Shown here piece by piece: positions 35,209 through 44,106 of a stretch of DNA of 64,000 nucleotides. Under the pieces are notes generated by a model. The model was given only the letters and a program-made list of their open reading frames with translations, was not told the DNA's origin and ran no database searches. The position numbers were made by a program, and so were the translations under genes. Every line of letters begins with the position of its first letter. Within the stretch, counting starts at the first letter, position 1. The stretch comes from a virus. The DNA is taken from positions 96,001 to 160,000 of the IMG/VR virus record IMGVR_UViG_3300044611_002466, one strand, 5' to 3'.

Positions 35209-35536
35209 AGTCCGTGCGCGCGCCGCCATCGGACTGTTTCAGTGTGTCATCTACGACTCCAACTCGACGAAGCGCGTCATCGCAGTCGCCGCCTGCGGGG
35301 ACGACGTGAAGTGGGCCCCGAACTTCTTCGGGCTGTTCGACCGCAACATCGCGGCCTCGGCTCCCAAGTGGCTGAGGGACCAGATCATGAGTCTCCCGGC
35401 GGACATCGCCGACCTGGACTTCCGTGGACAGCCCCTCGACGGCAGCCAGCCCGTCGCCGGCGACGGACGTGCGGTCGTCCACATGAAGGAAGGCGAGCAC
35501 CTCGGTGACGAGTCCGCCATCCCGCAGGGGGGTTGA
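35195..35536 (+). CDS. Hypothetical protein
   Basis: GGAGG RBS. Confidence 0.55.
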   Translation: MPRAEVRARAAIGLFQCVIYDSNSTKRVIAVAACGDDVKWAPNFFGLFDRNIAASAPKWLRDQIMSLPADIADLDFRGQPLDGSQPVAGDGRAVVHMKEGEHLGDESAIPQGG

Positions 35537-35539
35537 GTC

Positions 35540-35911
35540 ATGTACGACGTGAGCCAGATCCGCCCCCAGCCTGGCTGGGCCCTCTGCCGTACGCTGAAGC
35601 CGACCACCGCGACGAACAGCGGCATCCTCAAGTCCGCGGGGGACATGGAGGACGGGAAGACCACCGAGGCAGTCGCCGAGGTGATCAGCGTCACGCCTGC
35701 CCGGCTTCCTGATGGAGGGCAGATCGATCCGAACTTCGGCGCCGGCGACCTCATCGTCATCCGCGACTTCCTGAAGAGCGCCAACCCGCTCGGAGATCGT
35801 GTGGGGGCGGATCGCAGTGACCGCGTCTTCCTGCTGCACTATACGGATGCGCTCGCAGTCGTGAGCGGCACGGGCGTGCTCGGTTACGACGGCGAGTACC
35901 ACATCGGGTAG
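35540..35911 (+). CDS. groES: GroES-like co-chaperonin (Cpn10)
   Basis: IRPQPGWALCR..TATNSGIL..AEVISVTPARLPDG..FGAGDLIVI..VFLLHYTDALAVV follows the GroES strand pattern. Confidence 0.78.
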   Translation: MYDVSQIRPQPGWALCRTLKPTTATNSGILKSAGDMEDGKTTEAVAEVISVTPARLPDGGQIDPNFGAGDLIVIRDFLKSANPLGDRVGADRSDRVFLLHYTDALAVVSGTGVLGYDGEYHIG

Positions 35912-35922
35912 GGAGAGGGGCC

Positions 35923-36162
35923 ATGGCCGACAACAAGGACGAGCGGCTCCAGCTTCGGATGGAGCCGGATCTGAAGGAGTGGTTCAAGGTCGATGCCGCC
36001 TCTGACGGGGGCATGAGTCACGTTGTCCGTCAATGCGTCGTAACTCGCTACGAGACGAAGACCGGTAAGCAGTGGAAGGGAGGGTCCGATGGACAGACAG
36101 AGGATGGTCCTGGTAACGGAGTCGAGGCAGATTGCGCGCGCCACGGTGCCGGGACTGCTTGA
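35923..36162 (+). CDS. Ribbon-helix-helix DNA-binding protein
   Basis: KDERLQLRMEPDLKEWFK..GGMSHVVRQCV is Arc/CopG-like. Confidence 0.6.
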   Translation: MADNKDERLQLRMEPDLKEWFKVDAASDGGMSHVVRQCVVTRYETKTGKQWKGGSDGQTEDGPGNGVEADCARHGAGTA

Positions 36163-36622
36163 GGCGTTTCAGGATGCCTTTCGACACCCGTACAAGGTGG
36201 AGCTCCTCTTGTACAAGCGCGGGGAGCCCACGTTCACCGTGGAGCGTCTCGTGCCGGAGGCCTCCATTCCAAAGGAGGACGGGGACCCCACGGTAGCATT
36301 CCTCACCCCCTTCCAGATGATTCGACAGCACGCAGAGCTCGAGATTCAGGAGGAGTCCAGTGTGTCTCTCCTGGAGAGGATCAGCCACGCGGTGCAGTCC
36401 CTCACAGTGCGCGGGTTCAAGTTCACGATGCTCGTCTGCGGCGACAAGATGCAGTTGCGGCGGGCGACCCCGCTGCTGCGCGTCGAGGATGTCTGGCAGG
36501 TGCAGCTCTACGAGGACCCGGAGGCGCCCGTCGACAAGGTCTTCGTCATCGGGTCCAAGAGTGGGGCGCAGCTCCAAGACATCGAGACCGCAGTCCTGTG
36601 TTCCTTCGAGGTGGTACCTTGA
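36089..36622 (+). CDS. Hypothetical protein
   Basis: 177 aa; GGAGG RBS. Confidence 0.6.
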   Translation: MDRQRMVLVTESRQIARATVPGLLEAFQDAFRHPYKVELLLYKRGEPTFTVERLVPEASIPKEDGDPTVAFLTPFQMIRQHAELEIQEESSVSLLERISHAVQSLTVRGFKFTMLVCGDKMQLRRATPLLRVEDVWQVQLYEDPEAPVDKVFVIGSKSGAQLQDIETAVLCSFEVVP

Positions 36623-37314
36623 TCTCCGAAGCGTGCACGTCCGACATCTTCTCAGTCGTGTCGGAGGACATCAACGCTGAGGAGCAGCACGGGAAGCTCG
36701 TCCTTCGCGTCGCGGACGAGAAGCTCTGGATCCGCCTGCTGCAGGATCTCCTGCGAGCAGCGAACGTGGGGGAGCACTTCGGGCTCGAGGCGCACAAGGT
36801 CTTCCACCTGGACCAGTCCGCAGAGGTCTGCTACACGTGGATCTTGGTGCTGTGGGGAGACCCGGTCCCCCTCCTACCGACGCTGGCCCCCATCCTGGGA
36901 CGCAAGGCGGTGTCCTCAGCGAAGCCGCCTCCCTTTGCCCTCGGGCGCCCCCCCAGCGCACCTCGACACACCCCCGCGGTAGCGAAGACGGCTGCTGCGG
37001 TAAGGACCGCCCCACAACAGCCGAGGAGCCCTCAAGGGTCCGACGATGAAGACGCACCTCTTCCGGAGGTACGCTTGGCGCTTCGCGAGGGAGTGCACAA
37101 CATTCGGAAGGTGGAGCGCGTCAATAACGGTGTCACCAACATGCGGACGACAGTCCGGCTCGCGCATATCCGCGGAGAGCGTTTCGCGGGCAACTCAGAT
37201 CCGCACGAGACCATTACCCTCAGCACGGGGTCGGGACGGTTCAAGGCCGTGGTTCAGCCCCTCCAGTCAGAAGACGGATTTCAAGCTCGCCGTACCGGCG
37301 GGGGGTCCCTATGA
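36619..37314 (+). CDS. Hypothetical protein
   Basis: TTGA-coupled; Pro/Ala linker between two domains. Confidence 0.6.
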   Translation: MISEACTSDIFSVVSEDINAEEQHGKLVLRVADEKLWIRLLQDLLRAANVGEHFGLEAHKVFHLDQSAEVCYTWILVLWGDPVPLLPTLAPILGRKAVSSAKPPPFALGRPPSAPRHTPAVAKTAAAVRTAPQQPRSPQGSDDEDAPLPEVRLALREGVHNIRKVERVNNGVTNMRTTVRLAHIRGERFAGNSDPHETITLSTGSGRFKAVVQPLQSEDGFQARRTGGGSL

Positions 37315-38105
37315 CAAGCGCCGCAGAACGCAGAAGCAAGATCAGCAGCCTGAGCTCGGGGCGGATCCCGAACTTCCTGCTATCGGCAGCCCCCACCCGT
37401 AATACCCCGTCCCTGCCAACGCCGGAGATCTCCAGCTGGGATCCCGATTTGACGGCTGCTGGGGCTGCTGCCATGGACCGGCTGATCGAGCTCGAGCCGT
37501 TGGAGAAGCTCGAGAAGGCGGGAAAGTACTCCAGGGCCAAGTGGAAGATCCAGATCTGGATCAAGTCCGGGCGGAGCATCTCCAAGCCGCTCGCGTTCTC
37601 GCTCTCCTTCTGGGAGTCCGGGAAGCGACTGCACGGAGGCGGCGACGAGTCGGCCTTCGTCTGCCGCCGGAACCACAACGCCCCGAAGCCGGCGAGGCCG
37701 CCATTTCTCGCCCTCGGGTTCTCGCCATTCGAGAACAAGGCGAGCCCCGACGGGTGCGGGGGCATCATTCTCGGGGAGGCCAGCGTGAACGGCTTCGCGG
37801 TCTGCCCGCACTGTGGGGTGCGATGGGACACGGAACACATCGCAGACTCCATCTACTACAACCTCCCGGTGGAGGTTGCGGCCACCACGATCGCTACGTG
37901 GTTCAGGACGCTGGGTAGCGACTGCGACCTCTACATCAAGTACCGGGACGACGACATCCGCGTCAAGATGATGGCGCAGACGTACGGACTGGCCGAGGCG
38001 ATTCGCCACAAGGGCTTGATGATCTACTCGCTGGCGCGGCTCGTGCAGGACATGAGTGCAGGGGCTACACTGGAGTCGCGGGTTAAGGCGGTCCTCCTGG
38101 CGTGA
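37311..38105 (+). CDS. Hypothetical Zn-finger protein
   Basis: CRRNH..GCGG..CPHCG; ATGA-coupled. Confidence 0.65.
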   Translation: MTSAAERRSKISSLSSGRIPNFLLSAAPTRNTPSLPTPEISSWDPDLTAAGAAAMDRLIELEPLEKLEKAGKYSRAKWKIQIWIKSGRSISKPLAFSLSFWESGKRLHGGGDESAFVCRRNHNAPKPARPPFLALGFSPFENKASPDGCGGIILGEASVNGFAVCPHCGVRWDTEHIADSIYYNLPVEVAATTIATWFRTLGSDCDLYIKYRDDDIRVKMMAQTYGLAEAIRHKGLMIYSLARLVQDMSAGATLESRVKAVLLA

Positions 38106-38138
38106 GGCTTGCCGCGTACACGGAGTAGGCTCTTTCCC

Positions 38139-38813
38139 ATGATCGACCAGAACCAGGTACGCGTCTGCTTCACCGAGATCACCAAGAGCGCCGGCGTACC
38201 AAGCCCCTTGGCACGCGCAGGAGCGGGGGCCGCCATCGGCGCCCTCGCTGATGGCGGCCAGGCGACGCTGCACGCCCTCCGAGCGCGCTCAGACGTGGCC
38301 CAGCTTCGCGCAGCCGGCGGCATCTCCCCAGAGGAGGAGAAGGCCTTCGGCGCACGCCAGCGGTCTCACGTCGGGTCGCGTACCCTGCGCGGGGCGCTCG
38401 TCGGCGGTGTTAGCGGGGCCGTGCTCCCGCACGCAGCCGCGGCGGTGAAGAAGTACTCTGGCGAGGCGGCGCAGCACCTGGGCAGGGAGTTCGGGCGTGG
38501 GGCCGCTGAGCACGTCGCACCGGCGGCCAGGGCCGCGATGCACGAGGCCGCCTTTGCGGCCCCTGCTGTGGGGCGCGCAGCTGCCGCGGGGGCGGCGGAG
38601 CACGTCGCGCCGGCGGTCAGAGCTGCGATGCACGAGGTCGCCTCTGCGGCTCCCGCGGTAGGCCGCGCTGCTGCTGCGGGGGCTGCCGAGTCTGCGGGGA
38701 CCGCCGGGGAGCGCGCAGCCCGGGGAGCTGTTCGCGGTGCGAAGGACGCCCTAACTCCCTCCTGGGCCGGCAAGCTCAAGGGGCTCGCCACGCGCCTCAT
38801 CAAGGAGGAGTAG
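38139..38813 (+). CDS. Ala/Gly-rich probable head-internal protein with 30-aa tandem repeat
   Basis: N-terminal FTEITKSA motif; (AAEHVAPA.RAAMHE.A.AAPAVGRAAAAG)x2. Confidence 0.55.
   Translation: MIDQNQVRVCFTEITKSAGVPSPLARAGAGAAIGALADGGQATLHALRARSDVAQLRAAGGISPEEEKAFGARQRSHVGSRTLRGALVGGVSGAVLPHAAAAVKKYSGEAAQHLGREFGRGAAEHVAPAARAAMHEAAFAAPAVGRAAAAGAAEHVAPAVRAAMHEVASAAPAVGRAAAAGAAESAGTAGERAARGAVRGAKDALTPSWAGKLKGLATRLIKEE
38500..38690 (+). repeat. In-frame 90-bp tandem repeat (two copies plus a partial third)
   Basis: GGGCCGCTGAGCACGTCGC at 38500, GGGCGGCGGAGCACGTCGC at 38590, GGGCTGCCGAG at 38680. Confidence 0.8.
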
Positions 38814-38817
38814 TCCC

Positions 38818-40149
38818 ATGCCTACGGACGCGCGAGGGGTGTTGACGGTCATGGGTCCTCCCGGGGAGTGGTCGGGGGCAGTCGCGTCGAGCGTCTCCCC
38901 CGAGCAGCGGCAGGACCTCTTGCGTGCCTGGCGTGCGATGTCCGCCGAGGAGCGGAACGAGATCGTCTCGAAGTGGCGCAAGCACTTCGAGACGCCGGAC
39001 GACAAGACGGCGGCCGTCGAGTACCGAGGGCACACGTTCCCTGGCTACAACCAACCCGTCGAGTCCGATCAGAGGGACAAGAAGATGATGGTCCTGGCGA
39101 AGAAGGGGGACGAGGTCCGCCTTCTTCACTTCGGACAGAAGGGCTACAAGCACAACTACAGTCCAGACGCGAAGAAGGACTACCTCACCCGCTCGGCTGG
39201 CATCCGCAACGGGAGTGGTGAGCTGACCAAAGACGATCCCTTCAGCCCGAACTACTGGGCACGACGCGTGCTCTGGCCCGCTGGAAGGACGGGGAACGGC
39301 GAGAGCGGACCGACCAAGACGGCCGCGCTTATGGGGTCGAAGGAGCATCGACAGGCGACACACCGCGTCGACGCGCACTTCCGCAGCAGCGATCCCGAGA
39401 AGTGGAGCACCCTCATGGACAGTGTGAAGCGCAAGTCCTTCGTGGCCGCCGTGAAGCAGGACACCCGCGCGGATCCCAAGTTCGAGCGCCACGTCGATCA
39501 GATGAACCGGCTCCTCACGGGCACCAAGGTCGACCAAGTCAGCGTCGGCGACGGCGTGAAGTACGACATCATGCGTCTGCGTGGCGGCGGGTACGGGTGT
39601 ACCTGCCCAGACTGGCGCTACAAGAAGTCCGTCGCCTCCGAAGGAGCTCAGGACTGCAAGCACATCGTCGCCTGGAAGGGGATGCGCTCGTTCAAGAAGA
39701 CCGCCTCGGTCCTCTCCACGCTGGCCGCTCACCCGAAGAGCCTCTTCACTGCGGGCACGGCCGCTGGCGTGGGCGCCCTGGCCCTGGGCCTGCGCCACAA
39801 CGCCAAGAGCACCCAGTTCACGCCAGCACAGAAGCAGATGCGAAGCACCGCCATGCACGAGGTCGCCGGTCTCGGGATGCTGGCCAGTCCCTACGTCGTC
39901 GGCTTGGCTGAGGCTGGGGCGGAGGCCCTGGGGTCGCGCTCGGGGCGTGTGGGCATGGCAGCGCGCGCCGCCCACAGCGTACTCCAGCCCCTCTCCCACG
40001 TGATGCACGGCGAGGGTCACGCCGCCCCCGTCCTTCACCGCGCGAACGAGCTCCTCGGGCTGGGCGTTCTGATGCGACCCGCGCTGCAAGAGATGCACCA
40101 CCTGGGCGCACGCGCAAAGAAGCACGCCAGCCTGCTCGCGGGGATGTGA
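38818..40149 (+). CDS. Multidomain protein: DUF5754-like domain, SWIM Zn finger and Gly/Ala-rich membrane-like tail
   Basis: KKMMVLAKKG..LLHFGQKGY..YLTRS..SPNYWARRVLW; CTCPDW..CKHI (SWIM); domains separated by KTAA/KTAA/KKTAS. Confidence 0.65.
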   Translation: MPTDARGVLTVMGPPGEWSGAVASSVSPEQRQDLLRAWRAMSAEERNEIVSKWRKHFETPDDKTAAVEYRGHTFPGYNQPVESDQRDKKMMVLAKKGDEVRLLHFGQKGYKHNYSPDAKKDYLTRSAGIRNGSGELTKDDPFSPNYWARRVLWPAGRTGNGESGPTKTAALMGSKEHRQATHRVDAHFRSSDPEKWSTLMDSVKRKSFVAAVKQDTRADPKFERHVDQMNRLLTGTKVDQVSVGDGVKYDIMRLRGGGYGCTCPDWRYKKSVASEGAQDCKHIVAWKGMRSFKKTASVLSTLAAHPKSLFTAGTAAGVGALALGLRHNAKSTQFTPAQKQMRSTAMHEVAGLGMLASPYVVGLAEAGAEALGSRSGRVGMAARAAHSVLQPLSHVMHGEGHAAPVLHRANELLGLGVLMRPALQEMHHLGARAKKHASLLAGM

Positions 40150-40188
40150 GTACTTTCCAGTTGCGTCGGCAGGGGGATGTGAGTACAA
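40141..40188 (+). promoter_or_regulatory. Tandem GGGATGTGAGTAC boxes
   Basis: 13-mer at 40141 and 40174; the second is preceded by TTGCGT-N17-TACAAC. Confidence 0.55.
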
Positions 40189-40334
40189 CAGGCAGGGCTA
40201 AGAAGAACCGCCAACTCGCTTTCGTCGACCATCGACTACGCCCGAGCTGGGTGCCTACTCCCGACGCTGGCCTGCAGGTCTGAACACCGGCAGTTTCAAC
40301 ACGTACCCCTTATCACCCTTTTCCTGGGGTTTGT

Positions 40335-40595
40335 ATGCCAACTCTCGGCGACTCTATAAGCCAAGTGCGCGACATGGAGGACCGAGCTGCTGTGCTGCGA
40401 ACGGCGGTCTCACACCTCCGTACGAAGTACGTCTCTCGTGACTCGACCCCCGCGTTGGCGCAGATGCGCACGCAGGCCGGCTTCCCGGTCAACGAGTCCG
40501 TGATCGTGAACACCGCGCTCGAGCTCGAGCGGGAGGCCAAGGAGCTCGAGGACGCGGTCAAGGCCGCCAAGGCCACGGAGCTCGGAGATGTCTGA
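40335..40595 (+). CDS. Small coiled-coil hypothetical protein
   Basis: Helical; overlaps the start of the next gene. Confidence 0.55.
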   Translation: MPTLGDSISQVRDMEDRAAVLRTAVSHLRTKYVSRDSTPALAQMRTQAGFPVNESVIVNTALELEREAKELEDAVKAAKATELGDV

Positions 40596-41115
40596 GAAGA
40601 ACGGCACGAGGAAGGAGCGCGCGGATAGCAGGCGCCGGAAGATCCTGGAGTCCCTCACGAACGACGCGATGACGGAGAGCTGGGCCACCGCGACCAATCC
40701 GGTGAAGCGTCGAATCGGTCGGCTCGAGGTCGCGTGGCGGGACGGCATTCAGTGGTTGGCGGAGGACATCCGCAAGATGTTCCTCAACTTCACCACCATC
40801 GCCGACGCCTACGACATCGCCGATGTGAACCTCGCCGCGATCAAGAGCCTCTGCATCGACAAGGGGATCTTCACGGACGAGGACTTCGAGGTACGCAGGG
40901 CGGTGATCATGAAGTTCGTCGACGAGGACCGCCAGCGGCGCCAAGCGGAGCTGGACGAGCTCACCGCAGCCGCCGCGGCCCGGACGGAGGAGGCCGAGGC
41001 GGCGGAGACCAGCCTGCCCGTCCGCGGGCTCGATCGCGAGGCGGTCACCATCCGCGATGCAGTGCTGGCCTCAAAGGACGAGTCCCACATCCCGAAGAGC
41101 GCCACCCTCTTCTGA
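40588..41115 (+). CDS. Hypothetical helical protein
   Basis: 175 aa; GGAG RBS; ends at the convergent terminator. Confidence 0.6.
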   Translation: MSEKNGTRKERADSRRRKILESLTNDAMTESWATATNPVKRRIGRLEVAWRDGIQWLAEDIRKMFLNFTTIADAYDIADVNLAAIKSLCIDKGIFTDEDFEVRRAVIMKFVDEDRQRRQAELDELTAAAAARTEEAEAAETSLPVRGLDREAVTIRDAVLASKDESHIPKSATLF

Positions 41116-41125
41116 GGGCTAAAGG

Positions 41126-41152
41126 GGCGGCCGACCGGGTGGGTCGGCCGCC
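41126..41152. terminator. Terminator hairpin at the convergent strand switch
   Basis: GGCGGCCGACC-GGGTG-GGTCGGCCGCC perfect 11-bp stem; minus-strand tail CCTTTAGCCC. Confidence 0.8.
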
Positions 41153-41156
41153 TTGC

Positions 41157-42035
41157 TCACGTATCCTCGAAGATGGCGGGACCGTCGATGAGGTCCTCAT
41201 CGGCAGGAAGCGTCTCGAGCTCCGCGGAGAGGGCATCCGCGTCCACCACGACCTTCTGAAGGAACCCCACGAACTCGATGTCGAGCCCCTGCTCCTTGAT
41301 GAAGCGACAGCAGAGCTGCTTCATCGCGGTCTCGTCCCAGCGCTCATCCAGAAGATCAGAGAGGAGGACCTCCGGGTCTTCGACCTCGTTGTTGAGCGTC
41401 CGGATCGCCCGGACTGAGCCGTCCTCCGCGTGGGTCCAGTGCACGGAGTCCCTGGTGACGACGGCGCTCCAGCCCCCGAAGCCGTCCGGACGCATCCTCG
41501 AGCAGGTCATCGCTGCGTTCACCTGGATGTAGTCCAGGTCCGGCAGCTGTGTGAGGAGCCACTGCAAGATCGACATGACGTCATCGTCGAAGCCGTCATC
41601 CCAGGAGATGTAGAGCTTGACGCCGGCGTCCTCCGTCGCGTCAACGATGATGGTGGCGCTCATAGCAGCGACCTCGCGCTCATCGTTCAGGACCCACTCG
41701 AGGTAGAGCACCGCGAGCGAGCCGCTGTAGGGGCCCACAAGCGAGCCATTGTCGTCGAGGATGTTCCCGTGCTCGTCGACGCTGTTACCGCTGGCGGAGA
41801 GGTATTCCGCACGCAGCCGCTCGTCGTCGAAGGTCCTGACGTCCTCGATGATGCCGTACTTGAGCAGGCCTGCGAGGGCAGCCTCCCGCGCGTCGTCATC
41901 GATCTCTTCCAGGTAGGAGTCCACCGCGACCCGCCCCGCGCCGTTGCTGAGCCTGCTGAGGAGCTCGCACACGGACACAGGGACGTTCTCGAGGGGGCCG
42001 TTGGCGATTACGGCCTGCGTGGTGTAGTGTGACAT
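41157..42035 (-). CDS. Acidic hypothetical protein
   Basis: 292 aa, D/E-rich. Confidence 0.65.
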   Translation of the reverse strand: MSHYTTQAVIANGPLENVPVSVCELLSRLSNGAGRVAVDSYLEEIDDDAREAALAGLLKYGIIEDVRTFDDERLRAEYLSASGNSVDEHGNILDDNGSLVGPYSGSLAVLYLEWVLNDEREVAAMSATIIVDATEDAGVKLYISWDDGFDDDVMSILQWLLTQLPDLDYIQVNAAMTCSRMRPDGFGGWSAVVTRDSVHWTHAEDGSVRAIRTLNNEVEDPEVLLSDLLDERWDETAMKQLCCRFIKEQGLDIEFVGFLQKVVVDADALSAELETLPADEDLIDGPAIFEDT

Positions 42036-42039
42036 CTTG

Positions 42040-42453
42040 TCAGTCTTCCAGGGGTGGAACGAGTTGGAGAACCGACCTGGGTCGGCTCGGGGCGGGCGCC
42101 GGCGGCGCAGGGACCGCGGGGATGCTGATCATGGCGACGATCATGCAGATGGCGCTGTAGGGGATCTGGACCGCGTACAGCGTGTCGAAGCTGAGCTGGC
42201 AGGACAGGTGGTACTCACCGAGCTCCACACGCATGCGATCGAAGAAGTCCGCATTCAGGTCCAGCTGGAGCACGCGCTCCCACTTCGGGTCCGAGATGAC
42301 TTCCTCCGGGAACCCGTGCTCCGGGTGGGCACGGAGGACATCCGTCTTCAGGAGCAGTTGCACCGAGATGTCGCTCTCGAAGATCGGCTCGAGCAGGGCG
42401 CGGACTGCCTGCATGGAAGGAGAGGGAGGCGGAGGTCTTGGTGGGATGATCAT
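42040..42453 (-). CDS. SspB-like (ClpXP adaptor) protein
   Basis: RALLEPIF..VLQLDLN..HLSCQLSF..VQIPYSAICMI follows the SspB core; Pro linker and SRPRSVLQLV resemble the RPALRVVK ClpX-binding tail. Confidence 0.6.
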   Translation of the reverse strand: MIIPPRPPPPSPSMQAVRALLEPIFESDISVQLLLKTDVLRAHPEHGFPEEVISDPKWERVLQLDLNADFFDRMRVELGEYHLSCQLSFDTLYAVQIPYSAICMIVAMISIPAVPAPPAPAPSRPRSVLQLVPPLED

Positions 42454-42647
42454 GTTTCCTCGCCGCTGGCGGTGTTGATCTCCACGACACCGAGCTTGTC
42501 GTAGAGGTAGAGCCCGACCGAGTCGGTCTCCGGGTCGGTGGTGGAGAGGCGTTCGCGCGCCAGGGTCAGCGCCTCGTCGCGGTCGTTGAGGATCTCGGGC
42601 GCCTCGACGATGCCCCGCACAGACACGCAGATGACGTACAGCGTCAT
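42450..42647 (-). CDS. Small hypothetical protein
   Basis: ATGA-coupled. Confidence 0.5.
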   Translation of the reverse strand: MTLYVICVSVRGIVEAPEILNDRDEALTLARERLSTTDPETDSVGLYLYDKLGVVEINTASGEET

Positions 42648-43201
42648 GCCGACTCCTCGATGACGAACCCAGCGCTGATCTCGAAGCACCGGGGGATGTT
42701 GACGAGCTCCGGCCCGCCTCGGTCCTTGTCGGTGCACAGGGTGATCGTCCTGTCCTGCCTCACGATCGTGAAGACCGCGGTGGCCTTCAGGAAGAGTCGG
42801 GTGATCAGCTCCGCGTCGCGGCCCGTGCCGTAGTTCCCCGGACGCCTCCCTTCGGGTCGGAGAAGGATCACGGGATTCTCCTCACCGTCGACGAGGGCAT
42901 TGCCTCCCACGAGAGCCCCCAGGAGTTGAATCGTGTGGACCTCGAGGTCGAGGACCATCGCGTTGAACTCGGTCAGACGCCGCACGCTGGCGACCCCGGC
43001 CACCATGTCGCAGAACTTGGACTGACCGACGGAGTCGTCGACCACCTTGTCTCGCAGCTCTTGTGGAAGCCATCGCTGTGCGCCGGGCACGTCGTCTGTC
43101 ACGAGGAGCACGGACTTGCCGGCCTCCGTCAGCTTTCGATAGAAGAACGCCGCCAGTGCGGTCCGTCCGGAGTTGTAGGGTCCAGAGATGATCGTGAGCA
43201 T
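42644..43201 (-). CDS. Degenerate P-loop NTPase-fold protein
   Basis: IISGPYNSGRT (K to R Walker A variant), GKSVLLVT, AMVLD (Walker B-like). Confidence 0.5.
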   Translation of the reverse strand: MLTIISGPYNSGRTALAAFFYRKLTEAGKSVLLVTDDVPGAQRWLPQELRDKVVDDSVGQSKFCDMVAGVASVRRLTEFNAMVLDLEVHTIQLLGALVGGNALVDGEENPVILLRPEGRRPGNYGTGRDAELITRLFLKATAVFTIVRQDRTITLCTDKDRGGPELVNIPRCFEISAGFVIEESA

Positions 43202-43202
43202 G

Positions 43203-43667
43203 TCAGGGTTTCTCCTCCTTCTTCTGTTCCTGTTGATTGACCAAGTAGGCGAGGGCCTGCCGCTCAGTCCAGCCGGAGATGCCCGGCAGCAGCGGGTCCA
43301 GGACCTCAAGCAGTTCCTGCCGAAGTACGAGGAACTGCGGGATATTGTCACGTCCCCACAGACCACGCTCCTGGCAGATGAGGCGCAGCGTGGCCCGCTT
43401 GGCCGGCAGGTCCAGCGGATCTGTCGGGGCAACAGCCTCGCACTCCTCGAGCAGATTCCTCAGATCACTGCGCATCTCCGGAGACACCAAGAGGGCCTCC
43501 TTCAGGCAGATCAGCGCGTCGCCCCATCCGAGGATGGCCGCTTTCCTGCCGCCCTTCGGCACGAGGATTCCATCCGGATGTGCCTCTGACTGTTTCAGTG
43601 CGGTGTGCAGGGTGGCCGATAGCACCACTTCGCTGCGCTTCACACCGTAGTAGCGGACGAGCTTCAT
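43203..43667 (-). CDS. Hypothetical protein
   Basis: GGAGGAG RBS; TGATG overlap. Confidence 0.55.
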   Translation of the reverse strand: MKLVRYYGVKRSEVVLSATLHTALKQSEAHPDGILVPKGGRKAAILGWGDALICLKEALLVSPEMRSDLRNLLEECEAVAPTDPLDLPAKRATLRLICQERGLWGRDNIPQFLVLRQELLEVLDPLLPGISGWTERQALAYLVNQQEQKKEEKP

Positions 43668-44104
43668 CACTCCTCCCCGTCGCGCCAGTGGTAGTCCTGC
43701 TGCGTCCAGTTGACGCACGCGATCTTACGAATCAGCCGATGCTCCAGCGCGGCGTAGTTGAGGCCAGGGAAGAAACTCCGGAGCTTGATGTGGCTCTTGT
43801 GGATAATCGTGCGGATCCGACTGCCCTCCTCCGTGCGGGGCATCGGAATGTTCTGCAGCGGCGGTCCGGCTCGATACCGGCGGCGATCCAGAACCCGCAT
43901 CTCCGGGGGGAGCGTTACTGGGAGCTGCTTCACGAAGCTACGCATCTTCTGCAGGACCGCGTCCATCTTGGCCCGGTCCTCTGACGAGAGCGGGGGCAGG
44001 TCTTTCATCACCAGGCTGATGCTGTCGTGGATCTCGAAGGAGTCGGTGTTGTACAAACGCTGTGGTTCCCCAAACACGCGCTCAAAGGCATCTTTACCGG
44101 ACAT
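43667..44104 (-). CDS. Hypothetical protein
   Basis: ATG at 44104. Confidence 0.55.
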   Translation of the reverse strand: MSGKDAFERVFGEPQRLYNTDSFEIHDSISLVMKDLPPLSSEDRAKMDAVLQKMRSFVKQLPVTLPPEMRVLDRRRYRAGPPLQNIPMPRTEEGSRIRTIIHKSHIKLRSFFPGLNYAALEHRLIRKIACVNWTQQDYHWRDGEE

Positions 44105-44106
44105 CT

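Noticed and set aside
40190-40330. Structured ncRNA in the intergenic gap
   Set aside because: No convincing stems or known RNA motifs found by eye; only the TGTGAGTAC boxes are retained.
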